Positions 1-13,400 of a stretch of 64,000 nt of DNA are shown in pieces. Source of the stretch: Lytechinus pictus (taxonomy: Eukaryota). Both the position numbers and the translations under genes were made by a program. Positions within the stretch are counted from its first letter, which is position 1. Every line of letters starts with the position of its first letter. The notes beneath the pieces were generated by a model. That model ran no database searches, was not told the origin of the DNA, and saw only the letters and a list, made by a program, of their open reading frames with translations. Location: contig NC_087261.1 of assembly GCF_037042905.1 (NCBI RefSeq), positions 23,188,001 through 23,252,000 of the forward strand. Direction: 5' to 3'.

Positions 1-3000
1 GAACTCTCTGATTTTAATCTAGTTGTTAATAACAGAACTCTTAGACCCGGTGGCGGTGTTGCACTTTATATACCCCAGCAATACGAATATAATCTTATAA
101 GTAATATGACTCTATCCAATGACGCTCTAGAATCACTCTTTGTTGAAATCATCAATCCAAAAGGAAAAAATCTGATACTGGGAGTTTTATACCGACCTCC
201 AAATTCAAATACTCAACATTTTCTGGAAACCCTCAATGACTTTTTACTCAATCCTTTTCTGAAAAACAAAGATTGTTTTTTTATGGGGGATTTCAACATC
301 AATTTAATGAATTGCAACACTAACAATATCTCGCAAGAGTTTCTCGAAACGTTTCTTACTAATTCCTTCCTACCACTAATTACTAAACCAACGAGAGTAA
401 CTAACACTTCTGCAACTATTATAGATAATATTTTTAGTAATGTAACATATCCTACCCCCCAAGCTGGTATAGTCCTTAGCGATATTTCTGATCACTTTTC
501 AATTTTTGCGAAGTTGTCTAAAAGTAAAATATTTAAGAATGAATCATATAATACTTCCTATCGTAAAATAACCGATGATAACATTTCCTATTTAATTAAT
601 GATTTAGACAATACAGACTGGTCGACCATTTTTGACTCCACAGAGGTTGATGTAGCTTACGACTCTTTTATTACCAAATTAACATATTCTCTAGACACCC
701 ACGTCCCTCTTATCATGAACCGAAAATCAAATTATAAAAAAATCCCAATACATCCGTGGATTACTAAATCTATCTTACGATCTATTAACCGTAAAAATAA
801 TCTGTATTATAAATACATTTCTAAACCAAGCGAAAACTCTCGTTCTAAGTACACTTGTTATAAAAACACCCTTACCACTTTATTACGTATAGCCAAAAAG
901 GAATACTACACTTCCCAATTAAACATTTACAAAAATGATATGAAAAATACTTGGAAGATTATTAATAATGTACTGAACAAAAAGAAAAAAAGCTCTACAA
1001 TCACAAAAATAAAATCAAACAATACTATTACAGACGACACTAATATAATCACACGAGAGTTCAATTCATATTTTTCAAATGTTGGCAACAACTTGGCTAA
1101 AAATATACCTCGAACTAACAAATCCTTTTCTGATTTCCTTGATGACCCCAACCCCAATTCCATGTTTTTTAATCCTACTAATTCGATGGAAATCATAAAT
1201 ATTGTTAGCAATCTACAAAATAAGAAAAGCCCGGGGTATGACGGTATACCCAACTTTCTTCTAAAAAAAATCATTACAGCCATCGTCGATCCATTAGTAC
1301 ATATCTTTAATATCTCTCTTAGCACTGGACGGGTCCCCAATAAAATGAAAATCTCCAAAGTCATCCCACTTTTCAAAAAAGGTGATAGCCAACTCGTTTC
1401 CAACTATCGTCCCATATCCTTACTAACTTCATTATCTAAAATTTTAGAAAAACTTGTCCATATCAGAACAAGTGATTTTTTCAAATTACACAACATTTTT
1501 TCAAACTTCCAATTTGGATTCCGTAAAAACCATAGTACTTCCCATGCAATTTTGTCATTTATTAATAAAGTCACCACTTCCATCGATAATAGTTGTCATA
1601 CTGTCGGTATTTTCCTGGACTTCTCCAAGGCCTTCGACACTATAAATCATGAAATTCTCCTTCATAAACTGTGTCATTATGGAGTTAGAGGGAAGGCCTT
1701 GGAGTGGTTCAGGAGTTACCTCACTGATAGGACACAGTTCGTATCAGTGAATAATAGCAATTCCACTACTCTACCAATTACGTGTGGTGTCCCCCAGGGT
1801 AGCCTGCTAGGCCCACTTCTCTTCATTACTTACATCAATGATATTAAAAATACATCAAATTTACTTTCATTTCTACTTTTTGCTGATGACTCCAATATTT
1901 TCTTTTCCCACGATGATATTAATCAACTCGTTAGAATCGTAAATTTTGAACTAACAAATGTTACAGATTGGATCAAGGCCAACAAACTTTCGCTTAATCA
2001 CCAGAAGACAAACTACATGCTTTTCAGTAATAAAATCAATACTCTACCTGACAGTATTTTCTTTGACAATTTCGTTCTTAATAATGTTTCCACTACAAGA
2101 TTCTTGGGTGTCCTTATTGACGACAAATTATCCTGGAAGCCTCATATCGATAGTATATGTAAAACAATTTCTAGAAACATTGGAATTATTAATAAACTCA
2201 AACATTTTCTCCCTTCCCGCACTTTGTTAACATTATATTACACCCTTATTCTACCATATATTAATTATGGAATTATTGCCTGGGGATGTGCAATACAAAC
2301 ACAACTAAATAGAATATTACTTCTCCAGAAAAAAGCTCTAAGAATAATTTTTCAAACACACTTTAGATCACATACTGATATCTTATTTTTTGAAAATAAC
2401 ATTCTTAAAGTAAGTGACATATATCTTTTCGAACTTAGTCAATTTATGTTCAAATTAAGCAAGGACGACCTCCCCGCCATTTTCTCTAATATGTTCCGTT
2501 AAAATGCATCCGTACACTGCTACCCAACAAGGCAACGACAATATTATCATCTTCCTTTAACAAGAACTCTATTTGCAAAGAATTCATTTGTCTTCTCCGG
2601 GCCTGCCTACTGGAACTCTCTGCCTCAAGATTTCAAAGAATCCCCCAACGTAAATATTTTTAAACGCAAACTGAAAAAAATGTTAATTCTGCAATACTCG
2701 CTGCAAACAGGTCAAGCTGTGAACAACTAATTTCATTATACTCGACTTTTGTGTACATGCGCCCATATTATGTACACAAGTCACGTATATTATTTGTTTT
2801 ATTTTTTCTTCTTAAAATTGCAATTAGCCAAAGTACCTGCTCCTGCTGCCCGCCTTCTTCTTTCTTTCTACTTACTGTACTGCACCCCTCTTTCCCTCCT
2901 GTCTTCTCCCCCTCTCTTATAATATTGTAAAACTTAATATTCTCTCACACAATCCATCAGTTACGTTTTTGTCAAGTGCATAAAATGGTTTGTATTTATT

Positions 3001-3290
3001 TTTAAACAAAGTTATTATTTAGACCCAATATTTATTTGTTGTAATTTTGTAATGGAACTAAGAAAGGGGCTTGCCTCTTGTACAAGCTTTGCTTTTTTCG
3101 GCAAGTCCCTCCGTTTTACTTTAAATACAAATGTCATTTGAGATATCTTTATTTACTGAATTATGTTCCTTAAATTTATGAATATGTTATATAAATTATA
3201 TTTTGTCTGGTAGTATTTTTGACCTTGCTATGTTATGTTCATCATATTATGTACAATTGTAAAACGGAAATAAATAAATCAAATCAAACA
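1..3290 (+). mobile_element. Non-LTR retrotransposon (CR1/L2 supergroup, Crack/Daphne-like): ORF2 endonuclease + reverse transcriptase, 3' UTR and tail; 5' part lies outside the window
   Basis: Frame open from base 1 (..GGGVALYI..YRPP..GDFNI..IDNIF..SDH endonuclease motifs; RT motifs YRPISLL, QFGFR, LDFSKAFDT, GVPQGS, LFADD). One in-frame TAA at 2500-2502, then the frame continues (HCYPTR..GPAYWNSLP) to 2730. 3' hairpin region at ~3066-3110 and aaataaataaatcaaatcaaac tail at ~3268-3289. Confidence 0.93.
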
Positions 3291-3462
3291 TAAAACAGCA
3301 CCTACTCCCTGTTAGGGGTAAATATCATACCTGAATAATTAGTCCTGTAGAAGGAGGTGATGGTGCAATACATCTTAAAGTAATGATTTCAATTCATCTT
3401 GAATTTAAATTTAAACCTCTAATGCCATTGTAAAAAAGAAAAAAAATCAGAAGCAAACTCAC

Positions 3463-4458
3463 CATCAGTCGTGCTTTCACCAGTCAAGTTTGGAGTGTTC
3501 AGTGTTGAGAATTTTACTGAAAGACAAGAAGCAAATTATTCGTAACAAAATATAAGTTTTACAAGAGGGGAACTTTCAAGTGCATAAACAAAAATAATAC
3601 CAAAGTGGTAAATGTAACAGGAATGAAAACCTAATCATAAATAGACCTATCTATGTTTTCATGACGATGTGTGTACTTGTACAAATTTTATTAATACAAT
3701 AAATATAACAAAATCACTATTTTTGGTCCTTGAAAGGGAACTACGTATTTTGGTTTGTTTATGGATTTTAAGGAAATGAATGGGTAGTATTAGAAATCAC
3801 ACCTTGATACACAGCGCTGAAGTTTATCCCACCACAAAATTGTTGGTCGTCCTGTAGGCATGGTAACCCGCATCTATTATCTGGGACCTTTTTATCAAGG
3901 CATGTATCATTGCACGAACAGGAACATCTAGATCCATTATAGACGAAGGCCAGAAGGTACCCGATTTCTCCGCATCTGGATGAGCACGATTCGGGCGTGG
4001 TCCAACTGTTTTCTGGAAGGCTGACGTTGTACTCCATGTTCAAGCATACAGTTTCGTAGCAACCAAGGTAATCAATATCTAAAAAACGTGGGAAAATTTG
4101 AGATTGTAATAATCATCTAGTTCTCTTGCATTATTGGATGCGGAAACACAAGGAAGACTTAATAACAACAAGTTAGCTATCGATTGTTCCACAGCTTACA
4201 AATCAGTGGGCATTTAAGATAATGAAAATAAAAATGAAAATTTACTACTTGGGCGTGTTTTTTTTTTCCTTCTTCTTTTTAATCATTAGGTCTAACATCA
4301 GACAGAAAATAGGTAAAAACAAACGATAACGATCACTTACCATTCGCTATTTCGTTTCGTCTATCTCCTGTACAATTGGAGATTGCGAAACCTTGACCCA
4401 ATGGAGAGACTTGCACAAACATACATGATAAGTAAAGTAAGTTTAGTGTTCCAATCAT
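3463..4458 (-). CDS. WSC-domain receptor-like gene A (partial: signal exon, WSC exon, stalk exon; no TM/tail exon in window)
   Basis: Exons 4458-4341 (MIGTLNLLYLSCMFVQVSPLGQG.., donor G|GTAAGT), 4078-3803 (DIDYLGCY..CSSRC..CSCSC..CGLPC..FCGG..AVYQ) and 3516-3463 (VKFSTLNTPNLTGESTTD, donor G|GTGAGT). All GT-AG and phase 1. Start uncertain because in-frame ATGs exist further upstream. Confidence 0.85.
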
Positions 4459-4626
4459 TTCGACATGGAATACAATTACCATAATGTACTGGGAAAGTTG
4501 TCTCCTTATGAAAATGTTAAGTTTTAAAGATGGGCTCATGTCGTTCAAGTAGTCTCGCTGAACGCAGTGGCGTGGACTTCTTCTCGTTCATCATATTCAT
4601 ATTACTCTTTATTAACCATTTATGGC

Positions 4627-4742
4627 TATATATCAAAATATGTTTCGGTTCGAAAGTTGCAATTACCCTCCTTCAAATTATTTAGAACAATGATACATCT
4701 TAAGTGACTGTGAAAGAAAACCAAAGTCAAGTGGGAATTTCC
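4627..4742 (-). promoter_or_regulatory. Putative promoter of gene A: TATATA (4632-4627) and a consensus NF-kB site GGGAATTTCC (4733-4742)
   Basis: Exact match to GGGRNYYYCC about 100 bp upstream of a TATA-like box that lies ~170 bp above the ATG. Confidence 0.55.
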
Positions 4743-5420
4743 GGTAGACGACAAATACAAATCAAAACAAATTTTCAGTAAGGCAAAATAGAATTGAAAA
4801 AAAGGCGATTATACGCATCAAAAGATTATCCTAAAATAGAATTATGTCAGAATTAATGAGTGTTATTACATTGATTGACAATTCTAATGAAAAAAAAAAC
4901 AGTGGTGGCGGTAATATGGTTATAATGCTGTTATTGTATATCGTTTCATATCTCCCTTACAAATTATCATTCACCTCTGCCACAAAGAATACACATTATC
5001 ATTATTTTTTTTAATCTCTCTCTCTCCCTCTTTGTCTTTATTCTCGACATTCTGAAGCAGAACACACGTTTCAATTCCCCATTATAGATATAACGGATAC
5101 TGAGATTTAACTGACCAAATGATGGTTATTTTTTTAAAGGGAATCTGGGTTTTTAGAGTAAAGTTTGAAAGTGTCAACCCCACTGAAGACAATACAGTGT
5201 CCTACCATGGAGCTATTAGTGTGTTCACAGTTTGGAACACACTGTGAGATCCCCTTTCACACTGTTAAAGTTGAGCATAACAAAGTGACTCGCATTTTCG
5301 CACAGTCAACCATGTGAACACGTTAATGTGAACAGTCACACTGTCGAGGAGTCCACAGTGTAAACATATTTCCACACTGTTGAAATTAAGCATTTGGACA
5401 AACAAAGTGTTCATTGAAAC

Positions 5421-5650
5421 AGAGGGTCGTGGGTTCGAATCCCAGCCATGGTGTAATTTCCTTCAGCAAGAAACTGATCCGCAGTGTGCTGCACTCAACC
5501 CAGGTGAGGTAAATGGGTACCGGTAGGAATTACTCCTTAAAAAGCTGTGTGCGCTATGAACGCCTAGCTTAGCCGGGTAATATAGGAGCGCCTTGAGCAC
5601 ATAACAAGGTGGATATATTCGCAATATAAATACCCTATATCATTATTATT
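5421..5650 (+). mobile_element. tRNA-derived SINE (5'-truncated) with L2-like tail
   Basis: B-box GGTTCGAATCC; core gcactcaacccaggtgaggtaaatgggtacc shared with copies at ~50.5 kb and ~59.5 kb; ends agcgccttgagcac..tataaat..(att)n. Confidence 0.8.
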
Positions 5651-6039
5651 TTTTTTTATAGGTCCACTTTGGGAACAAAGTGTGACACTTTGTTCTTACC
5701 AGCCGGAAAAATTATGTCAGTATGTATTATTAAGGAGCGTGAGGGACATACTAATATTAATATAGATATTATAATTTTGTATTATATTGAATTAATTATC
5801 ATCTTATATTTAGGAGTATAACAATATGATCAGCTCTTCAGTGAAATATTTATCATTTACCAATTGATGATCATGTTAAAAGTGAGCATAACGTACGCTT
5901 TTATAGTTTCATGAGTAGACGTACTGAATATTTTTAACAGTATAGCGCTAGTATATTGATTGGCAATTTTTGCACCTCATTTTTTGATACGTATATATTA
6001 TTTTTTTCAAACACGCTATAAATTATAAATGTATTCCTG

Positions 6040-6293
6040 GGGCCCCGTCTTATAAAGAGTTACGATTGGTCCGATCAATCACAGTTATAGAAAGATATCA
6101 ACCCAACATCTGAAATTCATGCTTGTTCAAAATATTCATACATACATTGTTTTCTTTAAAATTCAGTGTGCTTCTCTTTGCTTACAAAGGACAATGTACA
6201 AATTTCCTGTGGAAAAAAAGTATGACATTGATGGATTTCCATTATAGGTGAGGTTGATCGTATCGATCGTTACTCTTTGTAAAGACGGGGCCT
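6040..6293. mobile_element. MITE (PIF/Harbinger-like termini)
   Basis: TIR GGCCCCGTCTTATAAAGAGTTACGAT / ATCGTTACTCTTTGTAAAGACGGGGCC; non-coding interior. Confidence 0.8.
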
Positions 6294-7449
6294 TGGTTAT
6301 TATGTAAGTTTCCATGCAACAAAGAGCAGTACTCTTGATCATAACCGAATAAGTGGAAAGATACTTTAATGTGAAAATAAGTCATTGTTATTGGTAAGGA
6401 CAAAGTACAATTAACAGTCAAAAGTGGTTTATGTGAGTTTATATGATGTTACATCCAATAGGAGTTAATTCTTACACTATTAGGAATCAGGAAAAGCAGA
6501 AATTATCACGCATTGTTAATATATTTCTAATATGAATATATTGGTGTATTTGCAACATTGATGTAGCTCCATTGTCGTGCTATCTAGGTGTTTAACTGTT
6601 ACTACGCTCTTAATATTTGATAAAATTTGTCTATAGTTATCTAAAATCATCCAACTTTGCGTATCACTATTGCAATTCATCATGTTGTGACGTAGAGCAT
6701 ATATGAAATAATAACATGCTTCGTTTCTATTTCATATAAATAATAATGTACAATGGACTAAGGGATTTGAGGTTACCACGCACATAAAAGGCGTCGTCTT
6801 TAAAAGCAAGTGTTGTATTCATGTTTGACAAAAATCAGATGTGATAGACTATACATTAGTTGTCGTGCATAATATTGGTGCATTGATTATTTAAAATTCC
6901 CCTGAAAAAATCTGCATATTTCAAAAATGCAAATACTAGTATATAAAAGTCATGATTTAACATAAGGTCAAAGGGTTTTAAAAACTACTGTGTATGTTTA
7001 TCTACAGGGGTTGGAAAGGCGGGGGGGGGGGTAGATAAATCAGCCTTTTTGGAACACTTTTGTAATCCACAGACTGGGACATGCCATAAAAAAAAAAAAA
7101 ATTATGTAGACTTTAATAAGTAGGAACGGTGTATATTACCGGGGGCATAATTCTCAAATGAATTTGCAAACTCGATTGCTATGACTTTTGCATTGCATGG
7201 GTTTAGTTTGGTTTTTAATGATTGATATCTTCATGGACAAAGTGGATAGTGTGGCAATAAGTGGACGGGCTTTCTACCAAAAGACGATACCCCACTGCGG
7301 GATTCGAAAACAAGTCAAATGATTAAAGAGAAACCCCAGAACTGCCTTAATTCTAGTGGACGCGATGCGAATATTAGAAGGCTTTGGATATGTCTTTAAA
7401 AGGCGGATATTAATCTTTAAAAGAAGGAGTGGGAAGTTTTGAAGAATAA

Positions 7450-10400
7450 TTATTGCCCATCAGATTGCGAGGCTGCTAAACGGTTAGAACACCATGGCTT
7501 AGGAATTCTCGAAGAATAGTACAGGCCATGAGGAGAAGGAGGAGTTACACCCGGGCGGTTTGGAATAATGTACCCATCTTCCTCTTCCAGAATATCTTCC
7601 TCATCCTTGGACACTGATTTGATAGGATTTGCATAAGGCATGTAAGTGTACTCATGGAATTCGTCCGGAGTAGTGGTACGTGTAAAGGATAATTTTGTAG
7701 TTGGTTTCGGAGGCGGTTTAGGGCGTTCGACAGGTCCGGCTTCGGCGTAATGGTTGTTTTCTAGCTGATCCCCCGAATGGTCGTGCAGTGCCGGAGTGTT
7801 GGCAATGCCAGCACCAAGGACGCCAAGGCAAATTGGAGTGGGAGGTTGGTTTAGCCCCTGATTCTGTTCACGTTTGTGTGACTTTCCGCTACGGCCTTTG
7901 CGTGATAAGATCCGTCGCTGAAGAGGGACCGCTGTGGCGTCTCCACGAACACTACCAAGTCGCTTACGAATCAGAATGGCGCCAATGATTACCAGGATAA
8001 ATATGCAGACTGTAGGAATAGGGATCAGGATGAGAAGCCGTCTAGATTCCCCTGGCCCTTTAGAGGACAAAACACAAAACGGGAAGAAATAAAGTTCTAT
8101 AAAATCTCTCTCTGGAAAACTTAAGCAGTGTGTTTATTTTACACTATAAACACGATGTATAAAGGAGGCTAATATAAAATAATAGTCAATATTCTCAAAT
8201 TTTCAAAAAAATTGAACAGTAGGATAAGTGCAATAATGTACAGATCCATAAAAGATGAGCGCTTTCCGGTGAACGCACCGTCAACATTCATTACCCCGAG
8301 TGGTTCGGAAGCTGATCACCTTTTCATACAACATACCATATAATATTAAGGCGAGCAAGTAAGAATCCTATGGACCATATGAATATCCTATAAGACAACA
8401 TTAAAATATCATGTATACAGAATATTAGAAATAATACGATGTTGATCGTGCAGGTTTTAATAAAAAGTGAATCATGAGCAAAAGTCGTTATGAGCCCCCC
8501 CCCCCCCTCCCCCCACCCCTCAGAATACGCACGTAATTACGCCTGCGTTTGAAATAATGAAAGTCAGAAAGGGTACTTGCAATCACTACCATATCATGTC
8601 GCATGCATGCTTGCCACCCCCCCCCCCCCCCCCCCCCCCCCCTCACGCCGAAGAAAACTTTTTACCTTTACAAGTTTGCAATTATTCTTTCATTTATTCT
8701 GGAATAAAAGGAAACTTGTAAAAGTAAAATTTTCTTCGGCTTTTCTTCACTTGTTATCTGCATTATACACATACATGTACACACACACACCCTCACCCCC
8801 CACACACACCCAGACACACATCCTCACACACACACACACACATATATATTTATTCATAAATTACATACGCGCCTTGCTAGACACATAAGGATTATGTCCC
8901 TCTCTAAAAAGCCCGAAGAGGAGGTGTCGGTAACAGTTCATTTTATAATTATTACGAATAAGATCGTAATAACATTTATAAAACGGGCCAAGATCACACT
9001 TTTGTTTCTACCCTGCTAAATCACAATTTCAAGTCAGTGAATGAGATGCATGATGTATGCAGGAGATGTCCACTTAAAGCTTCGTCGTTATCAACTGGTT
9101 CAATTTACTAATAATTTTAGAGGAAAGCTTTTTCAAAATTAAAATAATCTCAATAATAAATATATAAATTAACATAAATATGCATTTATGAATAAATAAA
9201 TAAATATAACAACATTAAATAGATAGATTAACAAAAAAGTGGATGTATTTAAAGCACACTTTCAGTTCCTTTAGGCACTTTGAAATCATTCCTACCAGGA
9301 TCACGATCATCATTATTGTGGTTACGGCACTTGCTGTTCGATGTGTTTTCCGAGGTAACTGAAGAATAAAGAAGAACAAAATGACATGAATATACACATC
9401 TAATATGATAAGCAATCTAGTTGAGAGGCATCTGGGAAATGAATTCCAAAACACTAAAACAACTGATATGACAACCAGGTGATGGATTACATCGTGTTGA
9501 ATGTATATAGTGAGATACATGTCCTGCCCAAAAGAATTACATCCGTAATGAATATAGTTACAAACTTGAAAGTCGCTTATAATGAAAATATTAACATATA
9601 ATGATAAAAAAATAAGTACACGGACTGTAGAGACTGTTAAAAACAGAAGAGCTTACAGAAAAATGTTATTGTTAAAACATTTTTTTTTCGAATTTCATAA
9701 CAGGNNNNNNNNNNNNNNNNNNNNNNNNNNNNNNNNNNNNNNNNNNNNNNNNNNNNNNNNNNNNNNNNNNNNNNNNNNNNNNNNNNNNNNNNNNNNNNNN
9801 NNNNNNNNNNNNNNNNNNNNNNNNNNNNNNNNNNNNNNNNNNNNNNNNNNNCAACAGCTTCGGCAACTCTTTTATTTAAATATTGTGTGAAAGAAATGAT
9901 TGAAGAGAACAATGGTAGGCGTAGCTTAAATCAAGGTTCCCCAGAGCTATCTACCCTTTGGAAAATTGGAAATATATATATATATACACCACAAAAAAAG
10001 TAAGTCCCCCCTAAATCAAATTGATTTAACTTTTGAACGGAATAATTTTGAACTATGATATTTCGTAGGTGGTTTTCTACACTCATTAGGCAACTCCTGG
10101 GGGAAAAAATGAGATTTATCGGTTGAGTCATGCATGAGTAATCAAAGATTTATTAAAAATGACCAGTTTTGAAAGTCACAAGAGTCGTTTTTTAGATTGT
10201 GTAAATACAAAGTTGGGCAAAGGTTGTTTTTAGGTGAATTTTATGGTGTTAATGCTGTTTTAATATCCATCATTTAGCCAAACTCACACAAATATTTGAT
10301 ATCGTATGTTTATGGTTGAGTGAGCACAATGTTTTGTGACGTATCATCATATGGGTTTATGGCAGTATCCCCTACAACGTGTTAAAACATGTTAACATTT

Positions 10401-13400
10401 GAAAATGTTGGTTGCTCCCCCAATTACTAGGCCCCTCCCCATTCTAAAATTCTGGATCCACCACTGATTTGTCAGTAAATTCAACTGATCCTGAGAAATT
10501 GTTAGGAAAAAATACATTTATGCAGTATAAAGAGTATTCATTCCCAAGTTTTTTAATGTGCTCGCTCAACCATGAAAATGTAAAGAGTTCGGAAAATGTG
10601 TGGTGATAAAACTGATGAATGATAAAAACAACAGCAATTAAGTCACATTTGAAATCGAATTTGCCCCCATTATTCACTTTATTACCCCTCAAAATGAGTC
10701 TGTGACATTGAAAATGCCCCCTTTCCCACTTTGATGCAAGCTCACTCATCCATAAAAAACATATCGATTTCATTTGTGCACAGATTTCTGCCCGTAGGTT
10801 GATAAACATAACTGCCAAATGACATTGCTAAAGACAGCCTCAAAAAAAAAGTTCCACCATAATGAATAAGGGGTCACCTATTCTTAAACATATGCACCCA
10901 TAGTGTACAGAATGTCTATGAGAGAGGAAGTCAAAATTTTAACAAAATGAAATGAGGGTTTGTTTTAAGGACGGTTTTTGTTACTTTTGCCAACAATTTT
11001 TTAATGAAACTTCGCACATGGCTTCAGATTGATACTATCCAAAAGGCTCGCACACCAAAATAATCATTCGATACGGCACAGAGAGGGGCCAAGGCCTGAA
11101 ACTTTCTTCTCATTTGCATAATTTTCTAATATTGTTTGCTCACTGGAGCATTAGACATTGGGATTTTTACAAAATCAAATCAAATGAACTATGCAAGGAG
11201 GTTTGTGATAAATATCCATAGTTACAAATTGCATTTTTCCCAATAACGTAAAAAAAGAGCTTATCACATTCCACATGTTCATTCAAGCGTGAATGTTTAA
11301 TTAAACGCATTTGAATCATTGAAGCATGGTAATTGGTCATGAACATTACGAAAAAAGTTGAGAAAAGATAATTTTAGTTACCAAAATGAAACAATACTTG
11401 CCTATGATATTTGAAATTCGTATTTTTTGCTTTAATTAAATGTTCATTGATCCGTGAAACGATGAATATTGTTGAAGATACTCTTCCCAAAAATAAATGC
11501 CATCATATTCGATCATTTTTATCGATAGAAATGTGTAAAAAATCAAATTATAGCAAATTTTACCTTGTGTTTATTCAACCGTGAAATTTAGCCAAAAACT
11601 TATATTGTCTTTTAGAAAGTACCTTTCACAAGCTTTCTGACTATTTTTTATGATGAGAATGTGAAATTCGTTCCAATAAAGTGGAATCAAAATCATGATA
11701 TTTGGCTTGTGACTTTTGAAAAGTGACAATTTTGCCTTCTGACGGTGCTCACTGAAGCATTACGAAAAATACGTCCATAACATTTACTCTGAGGGTAGCT
11801 TATAAAATTACCTACACGCTCATGTAAAAATATATTAAAAACTCGCTTTGGTTCGGAAATCATGGATGTTTGTTTAAGGGGGGACTTACTTATTTTGTTG
11901 TGTATATATATATTTATGTATATAAATACACATATTTATATATGTATATGCATGCGCGTCGTGATGAACCAGTTAAGTTCCTACATCACAGATAATTCTC
12001 TCCATGATACATTCCAGTCTGCCTATCGTGCCAATCATAGTGTCGAGACAGCAATCCTCAGAGTCCAGAATGATCTACTTTCCGGCATGGATCAAAAGAA
12101 GATATCGCTTCTAGTCCTACTTGATCTTTCAGCAGCGTTCGACACTGTCGACCATGATATTCTTCTCCATCGACTTAGTGACCTATATGGAATCAGCGGA
12201 GTCGCACTACAGTGGTTTCGATCGTACCTGACAGGAAGGACGAGCTATGTTTCCGTTGACGGTGCCAGATCCGACTCATCAACGCTGAAGTATGGCGTCC
12301 CTCAAGGCTGTGTCCTCGGCCCGCAGTTGTTCAGCATGTACACTTCGCCCATATCTCACATCATCAATAGGCACGGACTCCAGTATCACCGATATGCAGA
12401 TGATACACAGATTTACTGTACCGTCAACTCATCTCAAACTGAGGTCAATTTAGGACTTCAGCGCATTGAATCCTGTGTAGCTGACCTCCAGGAATGGCTG
12501 TCTAATAACTATCATAAGATGAATAAGGACAAGACGGAATTCCTTGTTGTGGGATCTCGTCAACAACGAGCCAAAGTTACAATAAACCATCTAAGAACTG
12601 GCAACTCTTTAATCAAGCCTTCTGATCAAGTGAGAAACCTTGGAGTAGTGTTTGATTCCTCACTTACAATGGAGCAGCATGTCACAGGCACTTCCAAGGC
12701 TGCCTGTATCTCTATCCGTAATCTTGGAAGGATCCGCAAGCATGTAACTAAGAAAGTTGCTGAACTCCTTGTTCATGCCTTTGTAACAACCCGACTGGAC
12801 ATTTGCAACTCAATTTTGACTGGTTTGACTCAACATCAACTGCACAGACTTCAGCGTCTGCAGAACATGGCCGCACGTCTTGTGTCCCTTCAAAGAAAGA
12901 GAGTCCACATTACTCCAATTCTGCGTGACCTACATTGGCTGCCTGTCAACCAGAGAATAGCCTATAAACTTGGGGTCCTCGTATTTAAAGCGCTTAACGA
13001 TAAATCTCCACCCTACATATCAGAGCTCTTATCTCAGCATAGACCAACACGCAATCTCAGATCAGCAGATCAAGCATTGCTGACAGAATCTCTCAGCCAC
13101 ACAACTTGGGGTGACAGAGCCTTCTACATCTCTGGACCAAAGCTGTGGAATAGCCTTCCTCAATTTATCAGGAGAGCAGAGACCCAATCAACTTTTGAGT
13201 CTTACCTGAAGACTTTTCTGTTCCCCACTCCAACATTATTGCAAGAATAACTCAATTGTAGCATTACTAGGACAGTACTTGAACTGAATGACGATCCTAA
13301 GCACTGTTTAAAGACATTGAAATTTGTGAGATATTTCCTATTTTTGAGCAAGCGCCATGAGCGCCCAGCTGAGGCGGAAACCGGCGCTATACAAGAACCC

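Noticed and set aside
3331-3373. Possible fourth exon of gene A (strong CAG|GTATGA donor at 3331)
   Set aside because: Available acceptors give a stop in phase 1 or leave phase 0, incompatible with the phase-1 terminal exons of the paralogs.
9215-9520. Hydrophobic 101-aa ORF resembling a membrane protein
   Set aside because: AT-rich intronic frame; the real 63-nt stalk exon inside it is read in a different frame.
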